Assembly: GCA_964457525.1 (NCBI GenBank)
Contig: CAYWGS010000084.1
Span: forward strand, 1 to 6,422
DNA: 6,422 bases
Direction: 5' to 3'
Origin: an uncultured Erysipelotrichaceae bacterium
GTDB lineage: Bacteria > Bacillota_I > Bacilli_A > Erysipelotrichales > Erysipelotrichaceae
Shown: positions 6,339 through 6,422 of the stretch, piece by piece
Layout: each line of letters begins with the position of its first letter
How positions within the stretch are numbered: position 1 is the first letter of the stretch
Notes under the pieces: generated by a model
What the model was told of the DNA's origin: nothing
Database searches by the model: none
What the model saw: the letters and a program-made list of their open reading frames with translations, nothing else
Position numbers and translations under genes: made by a program

Positions 6339-6422
6339 ATGGCTACATTCTCAATATCTCTCACCGATCAACAAATCCATCAACTCAAAACAAACTATCA
6401 AGGTATGATCAAACAGATGGAT
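6339..6422 (+). CDS. rnhC: 5' fragment (28 codons, runs off the window) of a divergently transcribed gene, probably ribonuclease HIII
   Basis: The open frame from ATG 6339 to the window end translates as MATFSISLTDQQIHQLKTNYQGMIKQMD. The pattern (a short beta-like hydrophobic alternation, then an amphipathic 'xxQIxxLKxxY' helix) resembles the N-terminal substrate-binding domain of RNase HIII as I recall it. rnhC is the neighbour of the zapA/cvpA/mutS2 cluster in Bacillus and other Bacillota. The fragment is too short to be certain. Confidence 0.45.
   Translation, partial: MATFSISLTDQQIHQLKTNYQGMIKQMD

Noticed and set aside
6333-6350. Possible LexA/Cheo SOS box near GAAC at 6335..6338, given the uvrC-containing operon
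   Set aside because: The sequence is GAAC-ATGG-CTAC. The second half-site matches GTTC at only 2 of 4 positions, and it lies inside the divergent ORF start. The 6284..6299 palindrome does not resemble GAAC-N4-GTTC either.
1-6422. Whole-window search for a novel system (defence island, toxin-antitoxin pair, CRISPR, retron-like or mobile element, orphan ORFs)
   Set aside because: Every long ORF is a recognisable housekeeping gene with intact family motifs. The intergenic space totals under 250 bp. There are no direct-repeat arrays, no terminal inverted repeats and no transposase- or integrase-like ORFs. Claiming a new system here would not be supported by the sequence.

Overview
This is an AT-rich chromosomal window that looks like a low-GC Gram-positive (Bacillota-type) genome. 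A finer taxonomic call is not possible from the sequence alone. Standard code 11 applies, because TGA ends two of the genes and Trp is TGG. About 95% of the window is one very compact minus-strand gene string: CvpA-family membrane protein (5511..6272), MutS2 (3215..5509), UvrC (1455..3218), glutamate racemase MurI (700..1446), YfcE/YsnB-type metallophosphoesterase (204..692), then tRNA-Arg(UCU) (84..160). The junctions are 1 nt, a 4-nt overlap, 8 nt, 7 nt and 43 nt. At the right edge a 66-bp divergent control region leads into a truncated plus-strand ORF (6339..6422). Its first 28 residues and its position resemble the start of RNase HIII. I see no mobile element, CRISPR array, toxin-antitoxin pair, defence-like cassette or orphan ORF, so this is an ordinary housekeeping locus and I found no undescribed system in it. 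The points worth a second look are modest. (1) The CvpA homologue carries an unusually long soluble C-terminal tail containing a 34-residue tandem duplication. (2) Two extended -10 boxes sit 6-7 nt upstream of ATG codons that lack usable Shine-Dalgarno sequences (murI and the putative rnhC), which suggests leaderless transcripts. (3) A 7-2-7 palindrome overlaps the putative operon promoter. (4) The operon is strongly contracted and mutS2/uvrC overlap as ATGA. (5) The tRNA 3' flank at the window edge is structured and carries a repeated motif. All promoter, operator and leaderless calls are motif-based inferences and need experimental transcription start site mapping.
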